Of a DNA stretch of 64,000 nucleotides, positions 21,594 through 34,992 are shown piece by piece. Source of the DNA: Podarcis gaigeae (lineage: Eukaryota); NCBI GenBank assembly GCA_964106915.2, contig OZ066928.1, one strand, 5' to 3'. Every line of letters begins with the position of its first letter. Position 1 is the stretch's first letter. Position numbers and translations under genes: made by a program. The notes under the pieces were generated by a model, which saw only the letters and a list, made by a program, of their open reading frames with translations, ran no database searches and was not told where the DNA came from.

Positions 21594-22719
21594 CTGTAAG
21601 ACACAAAACCCATGCAGAGAAAGGGGACATGAGAGCAAGAAGCACCATTTCTGACCTCCATTTAGAAGGAAATACTAGGATGCGCTGCACCTGTTGGATC
21701 AGGCTTAACCAGTGCAAACATGGCACAGACAGCAGGGTGGTTCAGCCCAAGCCAGAAGAGGGAGGGGGAAACAACACATCCCTATTTTATGCCGCGGAGC
21801 AGGAAAAGATGCTGGGCATGGGGAGCCCTTTCCAGGCGGAAGGCGGCTCTCTTTCTCTCATGCGTAGCCTTCTAGGTCTGTGAGCTAGAAACAGAGTGGG
21901 TGCAGCAACATATTTGGCTCTTCTTTTGTACTGTATGCTGCATACTGTATGCAAAAGTCAGAGGTTTCTACACACTCATCAAAACAGGATCACACAAACC
22001 TCTATCCCTGGAAGCAAGTGGGAAAAGCACCAGAGCAGGACGCAGCCTGTGGGGAGTCCTGAGGGCTGGACAGAGACCTGGAGGGTTCAATTCAGCCACC
22101 AGGCCTGAGGTTCCCCGCTCATGCTCTACAGTCGTGGTCAATTAACCACACAAACTAGAGAGCAGAAACTGAAAGTCCATAAATATGATCTGACCACCAC
22201 CCTGACCATACACGTGCATGCACACACTGCCTATGCCCCTCCTAGCTCCACCAGCACTTGCCAGCCCAGAACAAAGGCCTGCGCTGAAAGCACCAGCAAG
22301 AGTTCTTAGCAGATCACTTAGGATGGTGAGCAAGGGCCTGGTACTTCATCCTCCACCATGGCCAACAGCTAAATGCGGCATAAAATCATAGAATTACATA
22401 TAGAGTTGGAAAGGTCCTCAAAGGTCCTCTAGTCCAACCCCCTGCAGTGAAGGGATCACAGCTAGATAGGTATCTGCCAAATACGACTTTTGGCTTCATG
22501 AAAGCATTGGGAATGCTAGTATGGTAGAGGAGAAGGAAAAGCAGATTAAGTCAACCGAATGCAGCCTTGCCCAACCTGGTGCCCTCCAGATGTTTTAGAC
22601 TGAAGTTGCAGTAGCCCCAAGCCTAGGGAAGGCACCCAGGTTGTGCTAAGCTGCTGTAGAAGAACAGTAGTAGTATCTGCAGTTACCTTCAGCTTTGAAG
22701 CCTTCAGTAAAAACACACA

Positions 22720-22979
22720 CAGCGGTACCTCGGGATGCGAACGGGATCCATTCCAGAGCCCCGTTCACATCCTGAATGGAACGTAAGATGCGACGGCGCA
22801 TCTGCGCATGCGCGGGTCACGTTTTGCAGCTTCCGTGCATGCGTGTGACGTCATTTTGAGCATCTGCACATGCGCGAGCGGCGAAACCCAGAAGTAACGC
22901 ACTCCGTTACTTCCGGGTCGCCGCGGAGCACAATCCAAAAGCGCTCATCCTGAAGCACATTCAACCCGAGGTATGACTG
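22720..22979. mobile_element. Tc1/mariner-type MITE, family B
   Basis: CAGCGGTACCTCGGGATGCGAAC...GAGGTATGACTG with an internal GCGCATGCGC core. Related copies at 47857-48097, 50235-50472 and 56007-56259. Confidence 0.8.
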
Positions 22980-23397
22980 TATAGGGCTGTGCAATATCAG
23001 GTTTTCAACATCACAATGTATCACCAGCTAAACATTGTGATATAGTGATACATCACCATGTTGATAGGAAGGAGCATCGACCCCAGACCCGCAAGGTGCT
23101 GGGATGAAACAGCTGCCACTAGAACCTGGCGCAGGGAGGAAGGAGGCAGCTGGAGAATGAAGGTTAGGTGCCAGCCAGCAAGCCCCACCCATGATGTACT
23201 GCCAGGTGAAGACGCCATTGTGATCTGGCCCTCAAATCAGTCCTGGGTGATATATCAATACATCGTCCAAGCCCAAACACATAACGCGTTTGTAACCTTC
23301 TCTGCAGCAAACCTTTAGCTGATTCACAGCAAGAGGCAGTCTTGACAAAGCCATCTCCTTGCTCTGCTTCAGAGGGACACAGCTAGTCCCTTCTTAC

Positions 23398-23572
23398 CTT
23401 CCTCTTCATCATCCTCTGGTGGGGATGGGATCATGGAGCCCTGAGATCCGGACTGTGGCAGGCGGAGCACTGGGCTCGCGGTGGTTTTTCTCCTCTCCCT
23501 TTCTGACTCACTCTCCAGGCATATGACTTCATAGAGTGTGTCTGTGCTGTTCTTCCGGTCCTTCTGCTTTAT
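23398..23572 (-). CDS. RABGAP1: RABGAP1 exon 11
   Basis: IKQKDRKNSTDTLYEVICLESESERERRKTTASP...PPEDDEEE. ttcAG acceptor, G|GTAAGA donor, 175 nt. Confidence 0.96.
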
Positions 23573-25669
23573 CTGAAGGATACAGGGCAGATTAGGTTTC
23601 AGCACTGTGGAAGAGCTTGACAAGAAATGCCTAGAGAGACTCGCAAGCAACTTTCTGTATATATCTGTGAGAAGGCACAGGAGGAAGAAATTATTCCTAT
23701 TCAACAACCACAGAGGAGGGAGAAAGAAAATAATTTTGGTTAGTCTTTCCGGATTCCAGAGAGACATCTGCTAAAGGTCCTTTGCTCTGTGGCCAAAATG
23801 GCAAAACTTTATGTTAAAGAGCTTTGCTCTTCCTCTCAGAAGGCCTTGATGCATAGGAGCGGGAGAGGGAGAAGAGGGAGGTATGTGGAATTCAGACAAC
23901 TGCCCCGGATACAGATTCCGCTATGTTCTAGCTCCTTAATGCTTGGGGAAGGGGGATTCCAACTGCCTTCTATAAGGCAGAAAGACAAGACCAATGGATC
24001 TTCTGGGGGAGGCTGAGATGCTTATTGTCGTTTAAGTGTTGGAACCAGGACCTGGGAGATGAGGGTGCAAGTCCTCACTCAGCTACAGAGCTCAGCAAGT
24101 GACCTCCAGCTAGCCAGGTCTCTCAGCCTAACCTACCTTATAGGGTTGGATGTGAGGATAAATGAGGAGGCAGAGAAACATATATGCCCCTTTGAACTCC
24201 TTGGTGGGATAAAAAGGTAATAATAAATAAATAAAATTAAAATATTTTCATTTCAACTTCTGATTCACTGTTCAGAGTTCCTGCCTTACAACCAGGTCCA
24301 AGATGGTCCGTCCCCCCCCAACAGAAACCATTTCCAAAAATTAAGCTCAGGCTTCATTTTTTCTGGAAAAAGTGAGTTATTCTTTTCACCAGGCTGCCGC
24401 CTCTGGTAAAACTCCAACATCACTGGTAAATAAAGATAAGCATACACCCTTAACCACTTGCAGCATGGCTGCTCAGATGTCTGTAAGAATCAGGTTCTCT
24501 TTGGAGGTTTATCAGGCAAAATCTCTTTAGCACCTCTTCAAAAGAAATACCCCAAAACAAAGCAGTGCCCCTCCGCCCACAACACCCAAGATGAGCCTGG
24601 TCCTTGTAAAGAGTCAGATTGGGGCTGAGAACAAGCCAAGACCAAATGAGATAACAAGCCTCACAATGAGAGTGGGTGGAGCGAGACAAGAGCCAACAGA
24701 ATTAGCTCAGTAAGATAAACTTCCTTAAATTAACAAGGCTTATGCTTTTAGGGCCGAGAAATATTTATAGCCAAGAGAAGCAATTGTTCAAACTTCTCCA
24801 CATTTCACCTTCAAGAGCATAACCTCAAAGACTTCCCACACACCCCTGCCCAACGTGCCAAGGCATGAAGTTCCACTTCTCCAGTGGAACCTCAAATGTG
24901 CTGCAATCATCTTCCTTTGATTTACAAGCAACTCCCCATATGTGTGGGGTTGTATTCTGGGGCACTATGCGCGTCAGCAGTCGTGTGTAAGCCCATTCCG
25001 CACCGAAAAGGATGTGTGTGTCAGGGGTTGCATGTCAATCAGATGCCACCCATACTATTTATTTGATTCACATCCCCCCTTTCCCCCCCAATGAGCTCAA
25101 GGTGGCGTACATGGTCTCTTTCTCCCCATTTCATCCTCAAAACAATCCTGTGATGTAGGTAGGTAGGTTGGTTACTGTCTAGGGTTACTGTCATCCTTAG
25201 GGTTTATGAGGGAGGGAGGAGGGGGACAGAAAGAGACCGAGGCTCCAATGGACACTACACACTGGCTAGCCAAGTATCTCCAGAAAGTCATTTTCCATCA
25301 CTTGAACTTTGAACTTTTAAGTGACACACCACGACACCCACCAAACCAAGCAGCCCAGAGAAGGCTGTAGCCCCACTTAGCATTCCAAGGCAGGGAGCAA
25401 CTCTGCCCATCCCTGGGCTGTGTGAGAAGGGAAAAGATGCATAAACCCAGCCTCTCCCAACCCTCCCAGCGATAGGTAGGAAGTACTGCCTGCGCAAGGG
25501 CTGGGCTCAAGCCCTCAAATGGCACCAGGTCCAAAATTTTAGCTTTCTCCTCCATGCGAGACCAGAGTCCCAGACGAACATAACTCAAAGGACCACAGAG
25601 TTAGGGAAGGAACGAAAGGGCCCGCCCCACAATATCCACACCACTAAGGATGGGACCCACAAGCGTTAC

Positions 25670-25839
25670 CTGCTTCAGCTTCAGGAAGAAGTTCTCTGTG
25701 GAGCTCCGCTTGCTGAAAGGCCAGAAGAGCCTCTCGCTGGCAGGGCACACACGGACTTTGGTCTCCAGGAGGAACCGCACAGGCTCCTGCACCTCAGTGA
25801 TCACCAAGTCGACAGCCGTGGTCAGGAACAGCACTTTGT
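25670..25839 (-). CDS. RABGAP1: RABGAP1 exon 10
   Basis: KVLFLTTAVDLVITEVQEPVRFLLETKVRVCPASERLFWPFSKRSSTENFFLKLKQ. cttAG acceptor, GTAACG donor, 170 nt. Confidence 0.96.
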
Positions 25840-26047
25840 CTAAGGAGAGGAAGCAGGGAAGCTGGTGTTTCCCCTTTGGCCATTCAACACAGCCCTTGCC
25901 CTGTGCCTGTGGCCCAAATCGACCATGCCAGTGTGTCCAAGACACAGGTAGCCAAACCCCAGGTACATCCATACAATGGCGACTAAGCGGGGTTATTCCC
26001 AGGTTAAGGGTGAACAGCACTGTAGCTAAAAGTTGTTGTAGTAGTAA

Positions 26048-26093
<46 letters not shown>
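26048..26093. repeat. (TTA)n microsatellite
   Basis: About 15 perfect units. Confidence 0.95.
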
Positions 26094-26094
<1 letters not shown>

Positions 26095-27742
26095 ATAAAA
26101 TACCTCACATTTTCCCCACCTGTTAAAATCACTTTTACTGTGATCTGAAAACATTTGCACGTCTCCCCATCCCATTTAAGATCAGACAGAGATTGCAAGG
26201 AAAGGGGAGTGGATAGAAAGAGACTTTTAAAGGTTTTTGTAAGCATCCTCTCTCTTCCCTTTAAAGTCCCTGAGATTGGGAATTTAAAAGGGAAGAGGGA
26301 GACAATTTGCAAAGGCTTTTTCAGGCCTCTCCCCTATCTCACTTCAATCCTGAAAGTGGGGTGGGGAGTGAAGTTTGCAAAGCATTTGGCAAGCAAAGGT
26401 GATGGAGGGGATTTTTCCAGCACTGTTTCTGCTTCTTTTTGCTTGCCTTATTTATCTATTGATTAAAAAAAAATTAAATTGATATTCATTAAAAAATACC
26501 AAAGTGCCTTGACTGTGTGTGCCTGTTCCCAGCCAAGAACCAGCATGAACAGCCAAAACTGAGCAGGATTTAGCCCCTCCTCTTCAGCCGACAAGTGGAC
26601 GGCTAGATCCTACTTCGGGCTACAAGTCGCCATCTGCACAGCCAAAGCAGAATTGAACCCCACCTTCCTGTCCATCATGAGTCACTTCAGCTGAGGGACA
26701 GGTAGGTGTGGTTTCAAGGAAAAGGTCTTGCAGGCCAAACCTCATCTTGGTGGGCCAAGATTGGCTTGTGGGCTGGAGGTTCCTCATCCCCACCTTAACT
26801 AGCCCATGACGGAGAACCTGGTACATTTCCTCCCAAAAGAGCACTCCATAAACCAGGCAATGTTGTAGCTCACAGCCAGTATTTTGAATGGAGTCCAGAA
26901 ACAAAGTGATCTCCCGGCAAGGGGAATTACATTTCCCAGCATCTGCTTCACATCTTATGTGGGCTGTCCTATCGTTTTGGTGCTATTCTCCTGCCATTGC
27001 TCCCACCTGAACTGCCTTCCAGAATCTGGCTTGAAGGGTTAGAACACAGAGACATCAATTACGTCTCCATGCCACACACACACACACACACCCTAACTCA
27101 ACGCCATCTCAGCTTGACAAAACATTCTTGACAAAACAGGTTGGCAACTTGCTGACTTGGGACCAGGTGCACTCCTGGATTTCACTTTTTTGTGGCTCTC
27201 AAACGCTTCTGAAGTTACCCCATTCTTCCATCCCATCCAAGTTCCTTCCTTCCTATTCTTCCTGATTTTATAAAAGCATGACAACAAACAAGTAGGCTTT
27301 AACTAAAGTCAGAAAGGAATTAATTTCACTTGCTTCGCAGAACAGTAATTGTATCGGTCCACTATAGTACTAACAAGAAATCCTCTGTATGCTTCTTTGA
27401 GTGTACTCCAATCCAACTCAGTGGAGCTTACACGCACCTAGACCTGCAGGGGACTAGCAATTCTAATGTGAAACAGCCATGGTGAAAACTGATAAAAGGC
27501 GGTCTTATTTCAAGGTTAGTTTATCCAGAAAACTTAAGTCTCCGGCTCCACCCACTGTCAGTATGTGGCTCTGAACAGATGACCCCAGATGGAATGAGGT
27601 CCTCGATAGGAAAACAATTCCCTACATTCGACTATCTGGGATTGGCCACTGATTATTGCACACATATCTAGAAAAATATACAGGAAACAACTTACACATC
27701 TCAAGCAATCTGACCCAAACAGAAAAGTCACTGATCACAAAC

Positions 27743-27845
27743 CTTTCGGTGTTTCTTCATTCAGTTTATGGAAGTGTGGAGACTTTGTGTTCCAGCTCCC
27801 AGTGATGACATAGGACTTCCCATCAGAGCTTTTGCCCATAGACTC
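27743..27845 (-). CDS. RABGAP1: RABGAP1 exon 9
   Basis: [34 protein letters not shown]. tttAG acceptor, G|GTTTGT donor, 103 nt. Confidence 0.95.
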
Positions 27846-28001
27846 CTAAAACCACAGAACAGGGTGAGTTAAAACAAAGCCCATAGGCTCTGCTAGATCA
27901 GATCACAAAATACACTTGAAATCACTGGAAACACACAAGCATCATGTCATTTAGTGGGGCTATTTGAGGGGGAAATCTCTGGAAACTGAAGGGCACCTTA
28001 C

Positions 28002-28068
28002 CAGATCCAACAGGTGCATATTGCCACTCTGCACATCCTTCCCAGGGCTGAGGAGGAGCCCAAAACAC
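28002..28068 (-). CDS. RABGAP1: RABGAP1 exon 8
   Basis: CFGLLLSPGKDVQSGNMHLLDL, read by hand (not in the ORF track). cacAG acceptor, GTAAGG donor, 67 nt. Confidence 0.95.
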
Positions 28069-28891
28069 CTGTGATTTAAAAAGAAAAAAAGCCAACCTCT
28101 AGCAACCATTTCCATGCGGAACTGTAGTTCTGAAAAAGGTAGTCAGATTTTATGGGGTACTTTGGTGGAGAAAAATCACAGTGTGTACTAAACTGTTTAA
28201 CAACTGCCCCATCAGCTCTTAGAGAAGAACTGAAATGAGGAAATGGGCAGCAGGGTTAGAGGAGATTTTCAGCTCAATAGTACTTTACAAGTACTTATTT
28301 TATAGATTTTATCATGCTTTTCAAGGGAGTCTCATCACAAAGCGGTGAACACAATACAAAAGAGACCATTCAAAACTTAACACAACTCCAAACCTTAAAA
28401 ATGCCAGCACACACAAAACCCGCTACAACCCACCAAGCACAGTAAGAATAAACGTTAGCAGCATTTCAGCATTCCACATAACAACAACTTTATTATTTGT
28501 ACCTCACCTATCTGACTGGGTTGCCCCAACCACCCTGGGTGGCTTCCAACAGACATAAGAAGGCAATAAAACATCAAACATTAAAAAACTTCCTTATACA
28601 GAGCGGCCTTCAGATGTCTTCTAAAAGTTGTGTAGTTCTATATCTCCTTGACATCTGATGGGAGGGCATTCCACAGGGAGGGCACCACTACCAAGAAGGC
28701 CTTCTGCCTGGTTCCCTGTAACTTCTTGCAGTGAGGGAACCTCAGTGTGTAGGCTGAATGATGGGGGCAACAGGGAGGGGGCCTGTCTGATCTTACTTGG
28801 GGGAGAATTCCATGGGTGTGGGGCCACCACAAAAGATGCCCCTTCCTGCATGCCCACCAAAGCTCTCCAGAGGAAACAGACACAAAGGTAC

Positions 28892-29002
28892 CTTTCAATT
28901 GCCAGTTCTTTGTTGGTTGTCTGTTGTACGTAAATGACGATCTTCTTGTCGATGCCTTGGCGCAGTTTAAAGCACTGCCGGTCCTTGTCTTTGGGGACAG
29001 CA
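28892..29002 (-). CDS. RABGAP1: RABGAP1 exon 7
   Basis: AVPKDKDRQCFKLRQGIDKKIVIYVQQTTNKELAIE. cacAG acceptor, AG|GTACCT donor, 111 nt. Confidence 0.96.
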
Positions 29003-30865
29003 CTGTGGTCAAAAAGGGAAATGTTCACACGGTCCTCTTATTTGTAGTCACAAATTTGAGAACAGAATCAGTAGGCAAGTGACAGTTTTCACAGCCTGGT
29101 GAGTCCAGAAATCTAAGCGAGTTGGTGATTCGACAAGGACAACAGCATGCCCTAAAACAGGAATCACCAACATTTGCAATCTCACACACCTCTCTCTTGC
29201 TCCCCATCCCACACCTGAAATAAGGCGGGGGGGAGGGGGGAATCAATGCTTATAGTTTCTTTCAAGCATATTGAGGGTGGTGGGTAGTCTTAATGGAAAA
29301 CTGCAGCTTGGGAGGCAAGAATTAATCTCCAGGACACACACACACATACCACAACAACAATTAGGCTTGAAAAGGCTTTTTAGAGTCTGATTGTGGCAGG
29401 GTATGGAAGGATGGTAGGAAATAAGTGTTCCAACCAATATTGGAGAACAAACAGTAGAGTGTAGAGGAATGAAAACATAAGGAACTGGAAGCCCAAGAAC
29501 GGGGTGAGAAGATCTAAGATTTAGCTGAGGTGATAACTGAAGACTGGGTTTTTTTAAAAAAAAAAACCTAAGATGTATTAGAATGTATGTTCCTATCAAC
29601 AATACGCACAGCACTCTCCTTTAAAAGAGGCACCAAGATTTTAAAAAGGCATTTTTTTTTACTCAGCCACCAGTCTGTTTGACACATGTAGAGCTGCTAT
29701 GGCAAGAACGGACAGCAGGTGGCCTCACAGCTCTATGACTCCAAAGGCAGTGCATATCAGAAGAAAAAAAGGGTGGTCACTAGATAAAGCATGCCAAGGA
29801 TACTACAGGTCCTCAGTTTTCTGGGCTTGGCAATGGGCGCTCAAATGCAAGAAAGTCAAGAGACCAATATCTCCAGCATGTATCCAATGGGAAAAAACCC
29901 TTACGCACACACACAAAAACCCGCTTTGAGGGAAGGAGGCTGGACAATATGGGCCACTGCCCTGATACAACAAGGCTCTTCTGCTTTAAAAAAAAAAAAT
30001 TAAAATAATTTTTATTACATTTTCAATTTTTGTAATCACAATATCCATACGAAACATCAATAAACTCAAACCTCGCTCTTACCAGAGCATCGACCTCCTC
30101 CCGCCCCTCTTCATGACTTCCATATATATTTACTTTAATCTTAGCATTTCTATAAGCACTTTTTTTTACCTTCTCTCTTATTTTTATATTTCCCCTTCCA
30201 GCAAGGCTCTTCTTATGGTCTCAAGGGAGACCTGGAGGGGCACAGTTCCCCGTTGTGGTCTTAGGAGGCCCTCCTCTTTAAGCAGTAAGGTATATTACTT
30301 CACTTTAAAAATATGGTTGGCCAGCCCTGGTGCCTTTGTTGGGCTGTCCTGCTCCTTCTCCTGGGAGGGGTCCGGAACTTCTGAGTGTTGCCTTGTCAGG
30401 GCCAGGATCCAGCCCCCCCTGATCCAGCTGCATGGTGGCTCTTCCCTTCTTAACAAAAAGGCCACTACTGAACAAAGTCCACACCAGAAGAAAACAGCAT
30501 ATAAAATTCCCATACCTGATTTCAGACAAGGTACTTCACATTTACCCCATTTTTATTGGGTGGTAGCCAACGGAGTCCATATTTATTTCAATGGGTCTAC
30601 TCTGGGAATGACTTAGTCATCTATAACCCATTTTAGCTTCCCATTTACTGACCCCTCGTTAACCACACCCCCTGCATCATTCATAAAAAATAAAATATAC
30701 CATTTTTAAAAGGTTAACACAATACAATCAGACTCTATCCACATAAAGACCATATCAAGCAACATAAGACAATTCTTTAAAAAGCATTTCAAAATCCAGC
30801 TAAAAATAACTTGGACCATATTTCATGTTAAAAAGGGTTCTGGAGAGGAAGTGGGGAAACCACAC

Positions 30866-31023
30866 CTGAAATATCCTTTCCCATCATCTTCTTTTATTTC
30901 CAGAGAAACGGAGAAAGTAAATATGTCACTCTCTGGTGTCTGCGGAGCAGAGGGAGCAGCAAGCGGGGTTTGTTTGGCAGAGCGGCGGAAGGCGGTGGCA
31001 AAACTGTACAGGATCCGACTCAC
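30866..31023 (-). CDS. RABGAP1: RABGAP1 exon 6
   Basis: VSRILYSFATAFRRSAKQTP...FSVSLEIKEDDGKGYF. cacAG acceptor, AG|GTGTGG donor, 158 nt. Confidence 0.96.
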
Positions 31024-31898
31024 CTGTGGACACGAAGAGCCAGAGAGAAAGAAAGTCAGCAGCTGGGATTCCTAGTGGGGAGCAGAGTTAGGGAAACGGC
31101 TCTTTTGTTATTTCTGGGGGGGAAGGAGTTCGTGGCTGGCTTAGCAGCTATCCAGTGCGCTTTTGAAGTTAATGAGGATTTCAACACAGGGCTGGTGAGA
31201 CACTCTAATGTAGTTTTCCCCAACCTGGTGCCTTTCAGAGGCTTTGGACTACAACTCCACCAGCTCCACCTAGCAAAGGTTAATGGCCAGGCATGGCAGA
31301 AATTGTAGTCCAAAACCTCTGGAGCACACCCAGTTGAAGGCGGCTCTTATAACTGCTACATTACACCCACTCTGTTTGTTTTGATAGGATATGCTTTTCC
31401 GCTTTCATTAGGATTCTCCAAACTCCCTTCAGTTGCTCAGCCTCACTCTTTGAATTTGGTGCCTGAATGGAACACCTCTGCCATGGCTTCCTTTAACAGT
31501 GCAATTCAGTGCAATTACTTTCAGAAGTAAGTTCTACTGTGTTAAGTGTACACAAGGCTGCAGCCCAAGTCTGTGACTATGAGCCAAATCAGAAATTTGT
31601 GCCAAAATCTAACAAATTATTCCATCTTGCAAGTGCATATCTTGAAATCCTTCTCAGCAACACTGCTCGTTATCAACGCAGAAAATAAAGGCCTGATCAC
31701 AGTCAGAGTTTAATGAGCCCAGCACAGAATAACTAGCATAGTATGATGCTAAACTGTCAGCACAAATAAATGGCTGGAAGCAGAAGATCTGCATCATCAG
31801 GGTTACCAAGTATCACTAAGAAGGTACTGACATTATACAAAGGAGATTCCTTCTTTGGCAGGAAGAGGAGGACATAAATTTAATTAATAAATGAAATA

Positions 31899-32723
31899 CA
31901 GTGGTGCCTCGCAAGACGAAATTAATTCATTCCATGAATTTTTTCGTCTAGCGAATTTTTCGTCTTGCGAAGCACAAAATCCCATAGGAATGCATTGAAA
32001 ATCAATTAATGCGTTCCTATGGTCAAAAAAAGTCCAAACAAAGCCAAATTTGGTACAACAAGAGTTTATTAAGTGCTCTTTAAAGTCACACATACTGTAA
32101 AGAGCATTTCAAAATTCAAACCCAGAATTTTTTTTAAAAAAACAGCAGTGGCCCAATGGTCACAGAAAATCATAAAAATGCAGAAAAAAACCCACAAGCT
32201 TCCAGATTCTTGCAAACCCCTCCCCAACTGTTCCCCCAGCCACCCAGCACACAGAAATTCAAATCCAGATTTTTTTTAAAAAAACAGCAAAGTGGCCCAA
32301 TGGTCACAGAAAATCATAAAAATGCAGAAAAAAACACACAAGCTTCCAGATTCTTGCAAACCCCTCCCCAACACCAAGTCCTTGAATTCCAAACACCCCA
32401 ACCCAAAATCCAACCCCCCCCCCCAAAAAAAAGTTTTAAAAGCTTAACTTACCAAATGGCTGCAAAAGAAGTTTTGGAAAAGCTTCAAAAATCACCAAAG
32501 TCTTTAAAAACCTCAAAAAAGGCTACTATGTACACTGCGTTCTATGAGTTGCTCCTCAAAGTCAAGTCGCAACTGTATTAATTGTGTTAAGAAAAAGGAA
32601 ACAAACTTGCAAGACGTTTTCGTCTTGCGAAGCAAGTCCATAGGGAAATTCGTCTTGCGAAGCAGCTCAAAAAACGGAAAACCCTTTCGTCTAGCGAGTT
32701 TTCCGTCTTGCGGGGCACCACTG
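31899..32723. mobile_element. Non-autonomous Tc1/mariner element with subterminal repeats and an internal duplication
   Basis: TIR CAGTGGTGCC.CGCAAGACG.AA, TA TSD, repeated TTCGTCT(T/A)GCGA units, and a ~120-bp internal direct repeat. Confidence 0.85.
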
Positions 32724-32911
32724 TATACCTAACTGCCTTAATACTGAGTCAGACCACTGATCCTTCCAGCTCAGTATTGTCCACACTGATTGGAAGCGAC
32801 TCTCCAGGGTTTCGAGTACAGGATCTCTCTGGAGATGCCAGGGACAAAGCCTGCGATCTTCCACATGCAAGGCAGGAGCATCAACAAAGGCAAAGCAGAT
32901 GCTGAACTTAC

Positions 32912-33086
32912 AGCTTCTTGGATTTCACACCGGAAGACATGAATTCTGAAGAGCTCCGAGTTGTAATGGCTTTCAGTGAAAGCGAAGCAGTCGCTTTCTG
33001 GAGTCCCGTCGTGTCCCCGCACACAGAACAGGATCTTGTAAATGGGATAGTTGGCTATTTCGGTGTTTGTTGGGGGTTCTAGCAGC
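32912..33086 (-). CDS. RABGAP1: RABGAP1 exon 5 (PTB/PID domain)
   Basis: LLEPPTNTEIANYPIYKILFCVRGHDGTPESDCFAFTESHYNSELFRIHVFRCEIQEA. tgcAG acceptor, GTAAGT donor, 175 nt. Confidence 0.96.
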
Positions 33087-34787
33087 CTGCAGAGCAAAAG
33101 AGGGAAATGAAGGTATGAGCTGCAAATGCTTCACCTTGAAGACAGACAAGCTGCAAGTAGTTTAATGATAGAGCCAATCTTTATCTAATTAACTGGTCAA
33201 TTTAATTGAGCAAAATATTTTCTAATAGGCTAAAAAAGGATCTAAATTGAGCAACAGCTCATATTCAGAAGTGCACCTTCTGTGTTTCTGCTTTCTTTCT
33301 TACTGAATGCTTTTACAGCTCTCCTTAAAGGAAGCAAAGGTGGTTTTCAAAGAAACATGTTTCCCTGATGGAGGACTGTTCATACTTGATGCCCATCATG
33401 ATCTATGGGATGGCTTTGAAAATATGAATTTATTCCTGACTCTCTTGAATCACTCTGTACCATCCCAAGCGTATTATATTTGTAAATGCCAGGTTCACTG
33501 ATTGGAGGGCAGAGAGGACATCATTAGGCCCTCACTCCCACTAGCAAAGATTTCCACTAAGGCAACATGACCTTCCCTATCTTTCCTCCCACACCCAGTT
33601 GGCTTTGGGGGTAGAAGAACCCTCAGAACAGCATGGGGTAAGCTGAATTGCTTGCTCTGTTGGAATAACTGCCATAGTGCTACACTGAATTCCTTCCACT
33701 GGACATTACAGATAATTTTAAAAGAGTTCTATTCTTTTGCTGACATTAAAATCTTCCATCCACATAAATCAGAAGTTGCAGGAGCAGACTAGACAATAAT
33801 TATGCCTCCATTCTCCCTTTTATAGATTTCGTGTTTGAGTTTAACGCCTGTTATCTGAAAAATAATAAAATCAGTGCTAGCACAGAAAAGTCAGCACTGG
33901 CCACCAGAACAGCTGGGAGGCTGAAGGAGCGACATTCCCTTCACCGACGCCCCCACCACCCACCTGCCTTTTTGCTGCTGGCAAATGTCTATGGAGACCT
34001 GAGAGTTGGCAGTGAACCATCTAGCCTGGTGAGAAGATCCCTAGCCCAACTGAACTGCATCTAAGTCAGGCTGCTGCAGTCACCGTGGAGTGAAGCAAGA
34101 CCGCACACTTACTTACAGTACAGGTTGGCTTTATTATTTATTTTGCTCATTAACTTAAGATTTTGCACTGTACTTGTATCTAGATTCATTTCTTTGCAAT
34201 ACAGTAAGCCCGCAACGTTCGCACATTTAACTTGTGTACATTCAGCTTTACAAGCTTCAGAAAATAATTTATAAAAATTAAAAAGGGGTTGGGTACTGGG
34301 GGAAAAGATGTTTGCAATCCCACCCACCATTTCACCTTGAAGTGTTTTGACTATACGTAATTTTGGCTTTGGGCACAATCTCAAGAATGTAACCCCTGCG
34401 TAAGTTGTGGGATTGCTGTACTGGCATTTATCCTACACTTCCTGAAATGTTTTTTGTCTTATTTGAATGCTCTGACATGTTCCATAGCAAGTTGTGTGTG
34501 TCCCCCCCCCCCAAGTTTTGTACTTTGATAAACTGCTTTAGCACTGCGGACAAACAGCATAGAAATAAATGAAGCTTTTAAAAAAGAAAATAAGCAGCCA
34601 CAATTTACAACCAGTTTATCAAATAAGACATTTTCAGAAGATTGTCTTGGTGTTGCCCCATAGTAACCATGAGGCAACTTAGAAACTATTGCCACAGTAT
34701 ACAAAGCAGGTCCTAAAAAACACCACTGCCAACGACAGGTGGACCTACAGAGCCTCCCACAATGCCACACCACAGGTGGGAAAGTAC

Positions 34788-34992
34788 CTCACAGTTCCCT
34801 CCGACACATTAGGAACCGAAAGAGTCACGTCCACGGAAATCTCACACTGGCTTCGCAAGATGGACATCATCCTCAGGGCCTCCACCTCGCTCCTGGGAGC
34901 ATTGACCGAGGCACAGCCCAAGTAAGTGAGCTTGCTGAAGACAACGCTGTCCTCATCAGCAACTGGAGTAAAAGGACTCGACTCCTCGGAAT
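34788..34992 (-). CDS. RABGAP1: RABGAP1 exon 4 (start of PTB/PID domain)
   Basis: DSEESSPFTPVADEDSVVFSKLTYLGCASVNAPRSEVEALRMMSILRSQCEISVDVTLSVPNVSEGTV. tgtAG acceptor, AG|GTACTT donor, 205 nt. Confidence 0.96.

Noticed and set aside
28621-28891. ORF continuing from RABGAP1 exon 7 into the intron
   Set aside because: The extension is L2-derived sequence, and exon 7 has a normal donor in the correct phase for exon 8.
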